The notes under the pieces: model-generated
Databases searched by the model: none
What the model was told of the DNA's origin: nothing
The model's input: only the letters and a program-made list of their open reading frames with translations
Origin: Eledone cirrhosa
Taxonomy: Eukaryota
Direction: 5' to 3'
DNA length: 64,000 nucleotides
Assembly: GCA_964016885.1 (NCBI GenBank)
Contig: OZ024742.1
Location: forward strand, 221,960,001 to 222,024,000
Made by a program: the position numbers and the translations under genes
Part shown: one piece after another, positions 40,690 to 56,439 of the stretch
Layout of the letters: each line of letters begins with the position of its first letter
How positions within the stretch are numbered: position 1 is the stretch's first letter

Positions 40690-41665
40690 AGAGCGCTCGA
40701 AATCTTCGGAACCCGCTGTCATACATGCAGTTTTATCTCAAACTCAACCACCCTTTTCCCGTCCCAATGGCCAGTCCTTCCGGGTTGGGGATTCCTTTAG
40801 CTGCACCTCTACCAGCCTTGTCTATGGGCTCCGTTGTACTTTGTGCGGAGCCATCTACCTTGGTCAAACAGGCCATCGTCTGGCCGACAGATTTGCTGAA
40901 CAACTTCGGGACTCCGTCTCCTGACATTTTTTATCCGCCGGCCACTCCACACGCTGTATCGGACCCGCTGACTCGCGCTGGTGAATAAAACAGTAAATTT
41001 TCTTTACAAACCTTCCACCCCCCGGCCTTAACGCCCCACCCATTTTCCTGTAATTTGCTCTGCCATATACTCTCAAACACACTTTTTCTATCCTATGTCA
41101 CAAACTCGTTAAAACATACATTCACTCTTGCATGCAAATCACAGTTAGATACTTTACACGTAACACAATATGATCTTCAACATACATACACACGTTAAAA
41201 TTTAATCATACGCTCACACATACAAATCCACACATCTCACAGACATACTCAAACGCTACCAGATACTTCACACACACACACACACAAAATATACTTCAAC
41301 GCACATATACAGTACACATATTCAAACATTTATTCACACACAAATCTACAACCACACACCACACGGATGCACGCATAGACATTTAAAAAACACACACACA
41401 TTTAAACATACGCATACACTCACATATAATATCGACACTAATACACATACATTTCACTTTGCATTCCAAAATCGTTACCAAGATTATCTAACGGTTTGTC
41501 TTGTCTACTCTTTTTTAGATTTTTTTTTAATACTACTGACTACTTTTTATTTTTTGTGTTTATCCATTTGTGATCCTTTTTCTATTCTTATGTACTCCTG
41601 AAGAAGGGCTAAAGTGTGAAATTAATAAGACTTTTTTAAATCTCTGTTTTGTCGTTTCCTTGAAC
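40690..41665 (+). mobile_element. Penelope-like element 3' remnant (GIY-YIG endonuclease)
   Basis: FSCTSTSLVYGLRCTLCGAIYLGQTGHRLADRFAEQ; degenerate CTGAAGA...GAAA near 41598; ends in (TA)n. Confidence 0.7.
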
Positions 41666-41667
41666 TA

Positions 41668-41745
<78 letters not shown>

Positions 41746-41936
41746 TAAAACATGTCTATAGAATCACCAGATAAAATATATACCATTTCCTCTCCCAATT
41801 AGCATAATTAACCATATAAAAAATCGATTAGACCAAGCTATAAGAATAAGGCTTCTATGAAGAAATATGAAGATAGCTCTGATTATTTAATTTATTAACT
41901 TTTCATTGAGCCACAAAGTGACCCGTTGCAAAACAC

Positions 41937-42008
<72 letters not shown>

Positions 42009-42144
42009 CTTTATATATATATATATAGCTGTCGAACGGATCTAGCTGTCGAAACGGCCGAAGCTCAGCCGTCGGGGTCATGATTCTTTATATATATATT
42101 GTGTTAAGTATTAAGTATTATATATATAATAAACATATATATTT

Positions 42145-42247
<103 letters not shown>

Positions 42248-43226
42248 GGTGAATCGAGCCCAGAGCTAGACTGGAACTTTATCGACCTCGAAAGGATGAA
42301 AAGCCAAGCTGACATCGGGGGTGATTTGAACTCAGAGAGCAAAGGGCCGGAACAAATAGCAAGTCATTTAATCCGACGCCGCTCCGAAAGATTCTGCCAA
42401 TTTGCCGTCTTGTAAGAAAAATACAATTTAAAAAACAATAAAAAAGAGATGTGATTAAAAAGAGTAAAATTTAGTAGAATAAATAATTGAAAATCACAAC
42501 CGTAAAACAAAATCTATCAGGCCAATTAGAGAGGTTAATAACGACTTAATCGATATATGCAATTGTTATTAATATAGAAGATGAGCGTTGGTTGAGAGGA
42601 GTGCCTAATTGGAAACTTTTTGTATAGAGACATGAACATGTTGACCCATTTATCTAATTGTTGATCTTCTACTTCGTTTTGTTGATTGTTTTACTATATA
42701 AAGCACAATAATAAGTACTGGACACTATTACACTTACTGTATAGTGTATGTGTGTGTGAGAGTGTGTGTGTGTTTGTGTGTGTCTGTGTGTGTGTGTGTG
42801 TGTGTGTGCGTGTGTCTGTGTGTGTTGGACCTCAGTTGGTTACGACGATGAGTGATCTAGTTGCCACGAAACAGCCAGTTGTTCGTTACCATAAACGTTC
42901 GTTAACGCTGCAACGCATTCCTTCTGTCTAATGATTCTGACAATTGACCGCCGCTCTAATCTGTTGTTGTTGGATCTCCGTCAGTTACGAGGACGAATAT
43001 TCCAGTTGTATGAACAACGAAACAGCCTGCTAGTAAAAATGAACGTACGAGTGGTTAAGTATTCCACAGACACGGGCATCCTTATCGTAGTTCTCACTGG
43101 TATTCAGTGTAACACTGTGGGACAACACTGATCCTTTGGATTACAGATACAACTACTTAATTTTGTCAGTTATAGTATGTGTGAGTGTATGTGTGCGTGT
43201 GTGTATGTGTGCGTGTGCGCGCGATC

Positions 43227-43270
<44 letters not shown>

Positions 43271-43669
43271 TTCTGTGTGTGTGTGTGTGTATATTTCTGT
43301 GTGTGAGTGTTGGGCTCCCGTTGGCACCGACGATGAGTGTTTTAGTTGTATAAACAACGGAACAGTCTGATCATGAAAATGAACAAGTGGCTGAGTATTC
43401 CACAGTATGGCACATCCATAATGTAGTTCTCAGGGAGATTCAGCGTGACACATCGAGTGGCATGGTTGACGCTTTGAAATACAAATGCTACTTTTTTTCC
43501 AGCTAAGTGGAATGAAGTAACGTGAAACAAAGAGTTATAAAGTCACGAGCATAGGATTCATTCTCTCCTATATACACATATATTGACACCAGGTCCAAAC
43601 ACAAAAGAACCAAACTCCCACTGTCACTGCCTCCGTCTCTTCCGCTCTCCCCATCTTTCACTATTGTGA

Positions 43670-44035
43670 GCAAATGGGGCCCATGCGCTGGCCGCCCCGC
43701 GGTCGCGGCGAACAGCATAGAGAAGGCGTTTTCACGGAGGTTGGTGAGAGAGATGCGCTGGAAGAGCCATTCCAGCTCGTGAGACCACACCTGGGGGTAG
43801 CAAATTCTGTGCCTATGGTGGTGAGTAGAGAGGTAGTGGTAGGGTCAAGGATACCAGAAGTCTCCACTGCTACGGGCTCGACCGAAAACCTGCCGGAGAG
43901 CGACCGATATTTGGAGAGTTTTCCCACCATCGGCCCGAAGTACAGCAGAGCATGGATTAGTCGTAGACTGCACCAGGTTGTCGTTGGACAATCTGTCGCT
44001 GCATGTGGCGCCCCTGAGCCAAGCACGCTAATTAC
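43670..44035 (-). mobile_element. CRE-type non-LTR fragment (restriction-like endonuclease C-terminus)
   Basis: KLSKYRSL..FSVEPVAVETSG..., then frameshifted WLFQRISLTNLRENA, matching the K..KY / P.A.ET.G / QR.S....RGNA pattern. Confidence 0.65.
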
Positions 44036-44101
44036 CAGGTCACGCGTTCACAACAATAACAACAACAGTGAATATGTAGAAATAAATAGAGAAACACTTA
44101 C

Positions 44102-44232
44102 TGTCCAAATCGAAGGACATAAAGGCTGACTCCAGTTCTTTATATGTCAGTTGTTGGTCTGTGTTGTTGTCGGCTAACCTGAATAATTTCCCGGCTTCAT
44201 CCCGGTTTTGCCATTTCTTTATCGGGTGACAC
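44102..44232 (-). CDS. EF-hand protein, internal exon (131 nt, phase 2/1)
   Basis: TTTCTCAG acceptor, GTAAGT donor; CHPIKKWQNRDEAGKLFRLADNNTDQQLTYKELESAFMSFDLD; joins the next exon as FDLDNDQVISTEEF. Confidence 0.88.
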
Positions 44233-44265
44233 CTGAGAAACATTGTAGAAATATAACATATTAAT

Positions 44266-44332
<67 letters not shown>

Positions 44333-44530
44333 ACAAAGAGGGTGTGGTAAGATACAAGGTGAACCATAATGCACTAGAGTACTGAATAATAAGGGTAGGA
44401 GAGTGGGTAATATGAACAGATTTAGGACCCCGACGGATGAGCTCCGGCCGTTTCGACAGTCGAAACAGCTGGAGTTCAGCCGTCGGGGTCCTGACTCCTT
44501 TCCTACACACACACACACACGCACACACAC

Positions 44531-44584
<54 letters not shown>

Positions 44585-44721
44585 GAAAAGTGTAATTTTC
44601 TACACAAAACGAAGGTTATAGAGAAAATTGAGGTTGGTAATGGCACATGGAATATATGAGACAGAATACTTTTTTGTGAAAAAACATAATTTTATAAGGT
44701 AAGGAAATAATAAAGGGTATA

Positions 44722-44770
44722 AAAAATGACCGGTTTCGATGGGTCTGCAAAAGCCATCTTTTCAAATGTT
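44722..44770 (-). ncRNA. Minimal hammerhead motif (U3-A8 core)
   Basis: AACAT-TTGAAAA-GATGG(CTTTTGCAGAC)CCATC-GAAA-CCGG-TC-ATTTT; GUC cleavage triplet. Confidence 0.6.
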
Positions 44771-45079
44771 GATTAATATTAAGAAAAATTAATAATACGA
44801 AGAGTTAAAATTTGAGACTTGAAAATTCAAGTATAAAATTCATTGTGGGATTTCATAGCAGTTTTCATCTAGGTAGCAACAACAGGTTGACTGCTGTGTC
44901 CCTTTCTGGTAGTGAATGAGAAGTTATTTGGGGTGTGGGTTATTTTATAAAGGTCAGATTTAGCAATCGCCAGCTGCTGGTCAGTGAGGGGGTGGAAGCA
45001 ATATACACACACATATATCTTCCTGTGATGGGTAGGAGAGTGGAGCGTGATAGAAAAGGATTTAGTGCACTTACACCTA

Positions 45080-45120
45080 TATATACACACATACCTTCAT
45101 CCACACATACATACATATAC

Positions 45121-45161
<41 letters not shown>

Positions 45162-45230
45162 CACACATACATACACACACACATACATATACATACACAC
45201 ATACACACACACACACATATATATACACAT

Positions 45231-45279
<49 letters not shown>

Positions 45280-45318
45280 TATATATACATACACATACAT
45301 CCAGATACACACATACAT

Positions 45319-45414
<96 letters not shown>

Positions 45415-45740
45415 CCACACATACATACACACACACATATATATATACATACACACATACAAACATACACACACACACACACACATATATATACACACAT
45501 ACACACACATATATATACACACACACACACACACACGCATATATATATATATATACACATACGCATACATCCAGATAACCACATACATACACACACACAC
45601 ACACACACGCACACACAATACATACATCCACATGCACACACATACTCACACACACACACACACACACATACATACACCCACACACAGAGAAATGGCCTTC
45701 AAATATATATATATATATATATATATACATACAGACACAT
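45080..45740. repeat. Compound (CA)/(TA) microsatellite
   Basis: Direct reading. Confidence 0.95.
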
Positions 45741-45759
45741 ATATTTTTTCCATAATATA

Positions 45760-46280
45760 AGAAGTTGGGGCAGTGAAATTAAAATACAAGTCATTCTGAT
45801 CACATTGAGTTCTTCATGTAGATTGGGCCCCGCAACCGACAGTGGTGAATTCTGTGTGCGCATATATATATAGATATATGTGTGTGCACGTGCAGGGTTT
45901 AACATGGATGTGTTGGTCACACAAAGGCATGGTCTGTCAATGAATAAACCTGATTCTACAGAATTGGTCTCTGGTCTTTAATAGTAGTGATTCCGTGCGT
46001 ATGTGTGTTTATATTTTATGACAATTCTATTGGGGTGATAACCCGTTTAGTTTTGGTTTAAATTTGTTAAGGAATAGATTTTCTTTGTTTATTCTTTGTT
46101 GTTGTGTGAACGAATCTGAGCACTTGTAGAAGGGGAAGATTTTAAAGTTGGGTAGTGTCATTCCTGAGCAGTTCGCAATATGGCTGCTCAAGGGGATTTT
46201 TCTTGTGTTAGCGTCCCGGATTTGTTGGCGGTGGATGGTCATTCTTTTGCGTAATGAGGTGCCCGTCTGTCCTATGTAGT

Positions 46281-46285
<5 letters not shown>
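45760..46285 (-). mobile_element. Penelope-like element 3' remnant (GIY-YIG C-terminal half)
   Basis: NYIGQTGTSLRKRMTIHRQQI...LSSHIANC...KENLFLNKFKPKLN*; truncated at (TA)n. Confidence 0.75.
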
Positions 46286-46338
<53 letters not shown>

Positions 46339-46510
46339 AGGGGAGATCTTGGGCGAATTCTATTTGTCTGGCTCGTTAAAATTAATATATATATATTAAA
46401 AGTAACGAAGCTCGCTGGTATAAATTCAGTGTCCTCCGGCCAGCGTCTAGCTCACTCAATCGACCTCAATGAATTATATATATAATCAATAAGAGGCTTA
46501 TAAATCTTAC

Positions 46511-46557
46511 AAAAGCCGCTGCATTATATAAAGAAAATTTAATAAGCCAGTGAACAT
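46511..46557 (-). CDS. Candidate first coding exon of the EF-hand gene
   Basis: ATG...TT|GTAAGA donor; phase 2 fits the next exon: MFTGLLNFLYIMQRLL|CHP. Only weakly signal-peptide-like. Confidence 0.3.
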
Positions 46558-46911
46558 TTGTGGGATGTCTTACGTAACAGTTGTACGTATTAATTTTATG
46601 TTATGTAATACCGGAAATACGTTTGAAAAATGGAGATTAATAAATAAATAAATGATAGAAACGAATAAAGCCATATATATATGCATGAATAAACAAATCG
46701 AACAAGAACAAGACAAGAAAAATATGAAACAATAATCGTAACTATTCGTTCATTCTTCTTCTTACCGATATATTATAAAAATGGTTTAATCGATCGTGTC
46801 TTGTTCGTTAATGTCAGATTATATAAAGTAAGATGTTTATGAATCGGTGTTATACACACACATATATATATATATATATACACAGGCACAGACACACACA
46901 CAGACACATGG

Positions 46912-47013
<102 letters not shown>

Positions 47014-47118
47014 TTATATATTTATTTAGAAAAAAAATGAAAGGAAATGAGATTGAGAGAAATAAAAAGATTGATATATATCTATATGTTTGCGTGTTTG
47101 AGAGAGTATATATATATA

Positions 47119-47149
<31 letters not shown>

Positions 47150-47467
47150 CTCTGTGTGTGTATTTGTGTGTGTAACTCTGTGTGTGTAACTGTCGATTTT
47201 GACAGCCATTGTCTGTCTTGTTCACATTACCATTTTTCTATCGTCTGTCCACCATCTTGTCCTTATTCGTGCGGCCCTGTACCTCTGTCACGTTTTCACT
47301 GTCTCTGTTGCTATTTTTGCAATTACACACACACATAAACACACACACACACACTGAGACATAGACACACACACACACACACATACAAATACAGACAGAC
47401 ACACACACAGACACATTCACACACATATCTATATATATATATAGATATGTATATAAATATATGTATG

Positions 47468-47554
<87 letters not shown>

Positions 47555-47639
47555 GCAAAAGTTTTATTTTAAATTGTTGGGTTACAACAAGTAAATATTT
47601 TATAACCGATATAAAGCACTCGACAAGTTTTTAGAGTAG

Positions 47640-48355
47640 ATATACGATAGTAAACAAATGGAAACTATATTTATAAAACCATATTTATTTCATTATACAT
47701 ATTTCAGGGATACCATATTAAAAATATGGCATGCCTTCGTCAGATAAAATACAATATATAAACTGTTTTATAAATAATTTTGACGTACCATAAATATAAG
47801 CCACCATTAAGGTAGGAAGCTGGCTTGGTAGTGAGGTGTTTATAATTATTTAGTTATAGTGTTAAGCACAGTTAGAAAGAAAGACGGAGAGAAAGAAGAA
47901 ATGTATGTAAAGAAAAAACAGAGAGAAATAGAGAGAAATAGAGAGAAATAGAGAGAAATAGGGGAGAGAGAAAGAAGGAGGAGGTGAAAAAAGAGAGGCA
48001 ACCGAAGTCAACAGATGAATAATAATAATTCACCATACAAATAGAGAGATTTAAGAGAGGGAGTACGGTAATTATTTAGTTATAGTGTTATGCACAGTTT
48101 TTCTCTCCGTCTTTCTTTCTAACTGTGCTTAACACTATAACTAAATAATTATAAACACCTCACTACCAAGCCAGCTTCCTACCTTAATGGTGGCTTATAT
48201 TTATGGTACGTCAAAATTATTTATAAAACAGTTTATATATTGTATTTTATCTGACGTAGGCATGCCATATTTTTAATATTGTATCCCTGAAATATGTATA
48301 ATGAAATAAATATGGTTTTATAAATATAGTTTCCATTTGTTTACTATCGTATATA
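47640..48355. mobile_element. PLE-terminal-like fold-back; third copy at 48742-49000
   Basis: ~47640-47900 is inverted at ~48075-48355; TA flank. Confidence 0.7.
47687..47750 (-). ncRNA. Type-I hammerhead motif
   Basis: ATTTTAT-CTGACGA-AGG-C-ATGCCATATT(TTT)AATATGGTAT-C-CCT-GAAA-TATGTA-TA-ATGAAAT; copy with CTGAAGA at 48785-48848 (-); core-mutated copy at 48244-48307 (+). Confidence 0.7.
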
Positions 48356-48692
48356 TATATATAAACAAACATAAATTATCGTGATTCGCATTTCGGCCTA
48401 CGAAATAACGAAAAACAACCTCCGAGATGTGTGGCAGGTGCTCAATGATTCAAATGAACCAGAGCTACAACATACGTTAAAGGCCAAACACACTGAGACG
48501 ATGGTTAAACAATCATTCGCATAGCCCCCCCCCCCAAAAAAAAAACGATCAAGTAATTCGGGTATTAAAAATTTACCCGGACCCCTGGAAGGTTGGTAAA
48601 ATCCAGTATATGGGTTTCTGCGGCTCCTAAATCAAGTACCGTCCGCTTACATAAATAATGTCAGGCTTCTGGTAAGATGATTGAACAAGGAA

Positions 48693-48743
<51 letters not shown>

Positions 48744-49614
48744 GATATTAAACAAATGGAAATTACATTTATAAAACCATATTTATTTCATTATATATAT
48801 TTCAGGGATATCATATTAAAAATATGGTATGCCCTCTTCAGACAAAATACAATACATAGACAGTTTTATAAATAAATTTGACATACCTTAGAGTTTACAA
48901 CTTCCATTTAAAAAGTTGTTACGGTAGTGAAAATGTTAAGGACGGTTAGAAAGAAAGACGGAGAAAAAAGGAAAAAAGGAAAAAGAAAAAGAAGGAGAAA
49001 AGAAAAAGAAAGAGCGGAAGGTGAAGAAGATGAAGAAATGTATGTAAAGAGAAAACCACCAAATGAGATATCTATGAGGAAGGGGGTACTGTAATTATTC
49101 ATTTGTTTATTTATTTATTTAGTGTTAAGGATACGGGGAGAAATAAAAACAAAAATAAATAAGGAGAGGTAGATCGAGTAATATCTATTATACGAGGTGG
49201 GAGAGATAGGGGAGGGGTGATATGCAGGAGATAGAGTTAAAACAGCCGATATAAGAGTAGAGGGGGAGGGCAGGAGATATACTTAGAAACAAAAATGATA
49301 GTTTTAAAATATTATGTTTCATCAGTCTATCAATTCCTATGAATTATAATGTAAACATCAATATTCATGAATGAGACACATATCAATAATGTGTGAAAAA
49401 ATAGTGACTATATGTTTAGTTTAAAAATTCATAGGTTTATAATCAAAATCTGAGATAAAACTTCAAAAAATACTGGAATACATAAGTATATATGTATTTT
49501 CATGAAAAAGGAGAAAAGAGAAAGAAAAAGAGGTTATCTCAAATTGACATTATAGACACATGTGAGTTTACATGATCAGCTCTGTAAATTTTTATTTCAC
49601 ATGGAAATCTTCAT

Positions 49615-50132
<518 letters not shown>

Positions 50133-50432
50133 ACCTTTATATAGAAAGAGAAGTAGGGGTGATGAGAGTGAGAAAACATAAACACGCAAACAGGTCGTTC
50201 ATTTGATTGCGATGGAGAACTGATTAAAATATGGCGTCAAACTAAGGTTTGAAAACAAATGATTTTTGTTAAGAGTCTTTTTTTTTCTTTTAATTTGGTT
50301 TTGATGTTGGAGTGTCATGTTTCTGTTTTGTTCTTCATCAAAATTGTATTTTAAAGGATAGAACAGAGTGTGTATGTGTGTGTGTGTGTGTGAGTGTATG
50401 TATGTATGTATGCGTGTATGTGTGTATGTGTG

Positions 50433-50465
<33 letters not shown>

Positions 50466-50568
50466 GTATGTATGTACGTATGCATGTAGTATGAATGTAT
50501 GTATGCATGCAGTATATATGTATGTATTTATGTATGTATGTATACAGTATGTATGCATATATGTTTGC

Positions 50569-50601
<33 letters not shown>

Positions 50602-50649
50602 TGTATGTATGTATGTATGTATGTATGTATGTATGTATGTATGTATGTA

Positions 50650-51222
50650 TCCCAGTACAACCTGTCTCATGGTCGGGTCGTTGGCGACTAAACTGGCAAC
50701 CCCACCAAGGTTTCTTGGTGAGGAGGGTGACTTTGGACATCCTGCAGGACTAAAAACAAAACCTGTCAAAGGGCAAAGGAGCTCTTAAGAGTCAATGGCC
50801 ATCCAAAATCACCGGGAGAGATGACCCCTTAGCCTTTGTCAAGGCAGAATTCTAGGAGAAGGAAAACTCTGATATAACACCTGCAACCCTGATGTTATCC
50901 AATGATGTTGACTTGTTCTTCTTTTTGGTAAATATCATCTTGGTTAAGAGAGTGGGACTGGCTTTGTGCAGTGCCTTTTCTCACTATAAAAGCTTCACGG
51001 CACAGGCATTACTTTATATCTGGAGATCTCTCTGCACTTGTCGTCACATGGTACCATGGGCCCAGCACTATGTGTCAATAATTGTCACAAGTGTAGTGTT
51101 TGTACCAGAGTTTTCAAGTCGCTGGCTGGACTAAAAAGTCACACTCGTTCAGCGTATCGGCAGGGGTTCTCCTACATGGATATAAAGTAGTGGCCGTACT
51201 CGAAAACGAGTTGGCAGCTACC
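50650..51222 (+). mobile_element. Short non-autonomous RTE-like retroelement (~570 bp)
   Basis: RTE-like 5' region (GGCGACTAAACTGGCAACCCC) joined to a 3' C2H2-like tail; (TATG)n on both sides. Confidence 0.6.
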
Positions 51223-52294
51223 ATGTATGTATGTATGTATGTATGTATGTATGTATGTATGTATGTATGTATGTATGTATGTATGCAGTATGTATGCAGT
51301 ATGTATGTACATATGTACGTATGATGTATGCAGTATGTATATATGTATGCAGTATGTATGTATGTATGTACGTACGTATGTATGTATGTATGTATGTATG
51401 TATGTATGTATGTATGTATGTATGTATGTATGTATATATGTATGCAGTATGTATGTATGTACGTACGTACGTACGTACGTATGTATGTATGTATGTATGT
51501 ATGTATGTATGTATGTATGTATGTATGCATGCATGTATGTATGTATGTATGTATGTATGTATGTATGTATGTATGTACGTATGTATGTATGCATGTATGT
51601 ATCTATGTGTGTATGTATGTATGAAAAACGTCACAGCCTGCTCATGAAATTAAGTTGCAAATGGCTGAGTATTCCATAGACACGCGTAGATACAGTGTAA
51701 CCCAGCGTGCGACTAGGTTGTCTCTTTGAATTACAGGTAGAGTCTATGATGTTTTATCCAAATAAGTGGCTGAGCACTCGATTGATGCATGTACTCTTAT
51801 CGTAGTTCTCCGGAAGATTCAAGGCTGACCCTTTGAATTGCAGCTACAACTCATTTTTCCAGCTCTGTAGAGTGGACTGGAGCAATGTGAAATAAAGTGT
51901 CGTTAGAGAATATAGACCTCAGTGAGATTCTGCATGATACAGTGTGTGACAAGGCCTCCCTCTTAAATTACTGATATGACTAATTTTTTTTCCAGCTGAG
52001 TTGACTGAAACAACTTGAAATAAATGTTTTGTTCTACTACACAACGTGCGGTCAGGAATTGAACTGACGATCGAACGATTTTAATACGAACAGCCTAACC
52101 ATCAAGCCAGGCGCCTCCAGAAAAATTAAGTAACTATAGAAGAACAAGATTAACAGTGTGAATATTATTGATCACCCATCACCCAATTGGAAATTTGAAC
52201 TAATGTTACAAACCAACCGAAATGACATCAAATATTTCAGTTTGTATGTATGTATGTATTTATGTATATATGTATATATATGTATGTATGTATG

Positions 52295-52328
<34 letters not shown>

Positions 52329-52543
52329 TGTATGTATGTATGTATGTATGCATGCATGTATCTATGTATGTAAGTATGTATGTATGTATGTGTGTATGTA
52401 TGTATGTATGTATGTATGTATGTATGTATGTATGTATGTATGTATGTATGTGTGTGTGTATGTATGTATGTATGTATGTATGTATGTATGTATGTATGTA
52501 TGTATGTGTGTGTGTGGGGGGGGTGTATGTATGTATGTATGTA

Positions 52544-53117
52544 TCCTAGTACAACCTGTCTCATGGTCGGGTCGTTGGAGACTAAACTGGCAACCCCACC
52601 AAGGTTTCTTGGTGAGGAGGGTGACTTTGGACATCCTGCAGGACTAAAAACAAAACCTGTCAAAGGGCAAAGGAGCTCTTAAGAGTCAATGGCCATCCAA
52701 AATCACTGGGAGAGATGACCCCTTAGCCTTTGTCAAGGCAGAATTCTAGGAGAAGGAAAACTCTGATATAACACCTGCAACTCTGATGGTATCCAATGAT
52801 GTTGACTTGTTCTTCTTTTTGGTAAATATCATCTTGGTTAAGAGAGTGGGACTGGCTTTGTGCAGTGCCTTTGTTCACTATAAAAGCTTCACGACACATG
52901 CATTGCTTTATATCTGGAAATCTCTCTGCACTTGTCGTCACATGGTACCATGGGCCCAGCACTATGTGTCAGTAATTGTCACAAGTGTAGTGTTTGTACC
53001 AGAGTTTTCAAGTCGCTGTCTGGACTAAAAAGTCACACTCGTTCAGCGCATCGGTAGGGGTTCTCCTACATGGATATAAAGTAGTGGCCGTACTCGAAAA
53101 CGAGTTGGCAGCCACCA
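52544..53117 (+). mobile_element. Second copy of the short RTE-like element
   Basis: Highly similar to 50650-51222 with the same termini; preceded by (TATG)n. Confidence 0.6.
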
Positions 53118-53497
53118 TGTATATATGTAGATATCTATGTTCATCTGGTTTTATAATTTTTTTTCAAATTTTTTCACAAATTTTTGCCAATAGAGAGAGA
53201 GTCGGTTTCTAACATAGTTACAATACTCCCTCATTGGGAGTTACACAACATCAGCTAGGTAGATTATGTCTGCATGCATATGTGAGGAGGTATGATTGTT
53301 ATTGAATGTGTGGATGTGTATGTTTTGAGTTATATGTGTGCATGTGCATATGCTTTGTATCTGTACATGTAGATGCAGTTATTAGATGCAGAATTTTTGG
53401 AATGTTTTACATATTTTTATGTATGTATGTATGTGTGTATGTATGTATGTATGTGTGTATGTATGTATGTATGTGTGTGTGTATGTGTAAACACAAA

Positions 53498-55933
53498 TCT
53501 CTCTATATAAAATAGCTCGCTTGTTTGTCTATTTGTCTCTTATGCACTTAAAAACTAGTGGACCAACCATATTCAAACTTCACATGTGAGTTCCTTAGAC
53601 CCAGGAATATGTTTTCCTCACATTTGGGCTGATATCATTTGTTTATATGTTTGTTTGTCTGTTTGTCAATCTATGGTAACGGTGATTGTCGTGAGTTATC
53701 GTCTTCACTACGACTGAATTGTGGCGGAAAATAGAGAGAATGAAGAAGCGAGAATTTGAGAGAAAGTCAACACGCGTGAATTAAATAGAACGCTGAAAGC
53801 CAAAGATACATGAAAGCAAGTAAGTTAACAATGTATGAACGAGGAGAGAAAGAAGTAGAGATGAAAGTGAAGAAAGTGAGCGATACGCGTTCAACCCATT
53901 AGCCGACACTAAAGCATCAAACATATGTTTGGTTCAGTATTGAACGTCCCCCCCCCCCTCTTCTGCATGAAAGGAGGTACGACGCACGCTTTTTAATATC
54001 AAAATCCTCTCTATCGGCTGCAGCACATTATGTCATACATTTTTTATATTTCTTCTGAGTGTATATATGTCATATCTACTTCATATTTAGCCCGTGAACA
54101 AAAACATCCTCCATACCGTATTTTAACGCATGCTAAGAGAAGTATCTCTGCGTAAGTCGTGGTTGTAGTTGGCGGCTGCGGTGACACTGTTAAAGTCTCG
54201 CCGTTAGCATGACTACCAACGTTATTTTCCAAGCTCAAGAAAGCTTCTAGATATAAGTTTGAAAAGCAACGAAACAACGAAGCGGAGTTCCAGCTGGATC
54301 CTGTCAAATGAAAATCTCCATACAGTCTAAATACACACGTCTTCGATATCCAAATAGCTAGATGTCAACAAAATGGCACCCAGGAGTTATGACATGGATG
54401 CGGCTCAGCCTCCTTAGAGTGTAATAAGTTAAGGGGCGAAACATTTGCTTGAAGGGTTTTTTTTTTCTGAAGATCTGCTGTCCAGCTCTTCTAAGATTCA
54501 TTTACTACTATCTTCTTCATATCTTTCCCGTGTGCTATATCTTCATATATATCTCCGTGTGTATATGTGTGTGTGTATCAGCCTCTCATTAAATTTTGGG
54601 ATCTTTATTTGATTTATGGAAACACTACTAAAAATAACACCTGTGAAACCTGCAATATTTTTTGCATATTCATTTCTGTTAGTTTTGGGCTCTTTCTGAA
54701 AAATAACTGAAAGTTAATTCAGTGAATACCCATTCTATGAAATTCGACTTGACTTAGATCCATAAATAACAGAAAAATTAAAACATTTCAGATAAATGAT
54801 AGTGGCATTGGAAGCTGCAAGCCAAAAATGCCACCGAAGAATAGACCTTTGTTTGGAAGAAAGTCTTATAAAGCTATGGCAAAGCAGCTACAAAAGGAGA
54901 ATAAAAGTGAAGACTAGCGACAAGAAATACTTCAAAAACAAAGAATAACAACAGCGAAATATAAGCAAAATGAACCAGAACAAAAATAAAAAAAGGTTTG
55001 TTGATGATAGGACATGGAAAGCAACTTTTTGTCAAAAGGAATTAAATGTACAAAACTACAGCACAAAACAGACAGGATGTTTCAGATGCACAAAGATCAT
55101 CAAGACTTTAAGATGAATAAGAAGTGCACAGAATAGAAGGATGATGAATCAGAGGAACAAAGATCAAAAAGGCTTGCTGAAGATAGAACAATGGAAGCCA
55201 TTATTTGTCAAGAGAAATCAGATGTCAAGAGAAATCAGAAGACAACAAATGGAGAGAAATAGAGCAGCTTAAAGGTGGCATGAAGAAACTGAAGCTTAAA
55301 CAACACGAAGATTATGGGAACAGAGAGCAAGAACAGAACATTTACGATTTAAAAAGGTTGCCGAGTGGAACTTTGTTGCTTTAAGTTACAATCCACATCA
55401 AGACTTTGCATCAGCATTTTTAATTTGAATTTCCTCAACAAACAAAATTTGTCCAAATTGTGCTAAAGGCTAGACTGGATTGTGCTGTTTAAATTGAAAG
55501 ATTAAGTTTAAGCTATTACCTGAACAACCGGGACCCTTGAGGGGAATGCTGATTGGTACAACTACTGGATCAAAACACTTTCTTCAAAATATCCAGGAGT
55601 ACAATAATGCAGTCCTAATGATATCATTTGGTGCAGATGTCATCCATGAAGGTGGCTTTATGCCCACTTTCAAGTTCCAAGGCCAAGTGTACCATAAAAT
55701 TGTACCACTTCAGCCACTTTCAGAAGAACAAAAATATTTACAACTGTATTTCATCAGTGATATGAAAATCCAAATACAGACAAGATATGAAAGGAATAAA
55801 GAAACAAAGTATGAAAGATATGTTACATACAAGAAACAGTTATATTAGAAGTTTCAAATATACCCCAGAAAAGGTTTTTGAACGAAATTTCATTATTTTC
55901 TTTAATCCGAGCGACGCCGGGTACTCCTGCCAG
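53498..55933 (+). mobile_element. Internally deleted Helitron
   Basis: 5' A|TCTCTCTATATAAA; Helitron N-terminal motif SKHFLQNIQEYNNAVLMISFGA...FKFQGQVYHKI...YLQLYF (55537-55848); 3' hairpin CCGAGCGACGCCGG then ..GCCAG|T (degenerate CTAG). Confidence 0.8.
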
Positions 55934-55966
55934 TATACGCTCACACACACATACTCTCTCTCTCTT

Positions 55967-56024
<58 letters not shown>

Positions 56025-56439
56025 ACACACACACACACAGACACAGACACACACACACACACATACATATATATATCACATAAGAAACGGAGAATCAGTG
56101 GTGCTACGAATAAGATTTATTAGACATATTACAATCGTTTCTCTGGCGACCAGCTCGAGGCACGATCGATGCAATGATCAAACCTGACTCTGAAATCGCA
56201 AGATCCTCGGATATGTCTCGATTCTACGAAGCAGAGTTTCGTAGCACCACTGATTCTCCGTTTCTTATGTGATATTATACTCTGCTCTGTAAGAGCATTG
56301 AGTGCTCAAACGGCATACCGCTTACGGACGCTTTAAGCATCCCACACTAATTATATACATATATATATATAGTTATAGTTATATATATATATATACATAC
56401 ACACACATATACGTATGTGTATTATTATTTTTCTTCCAT

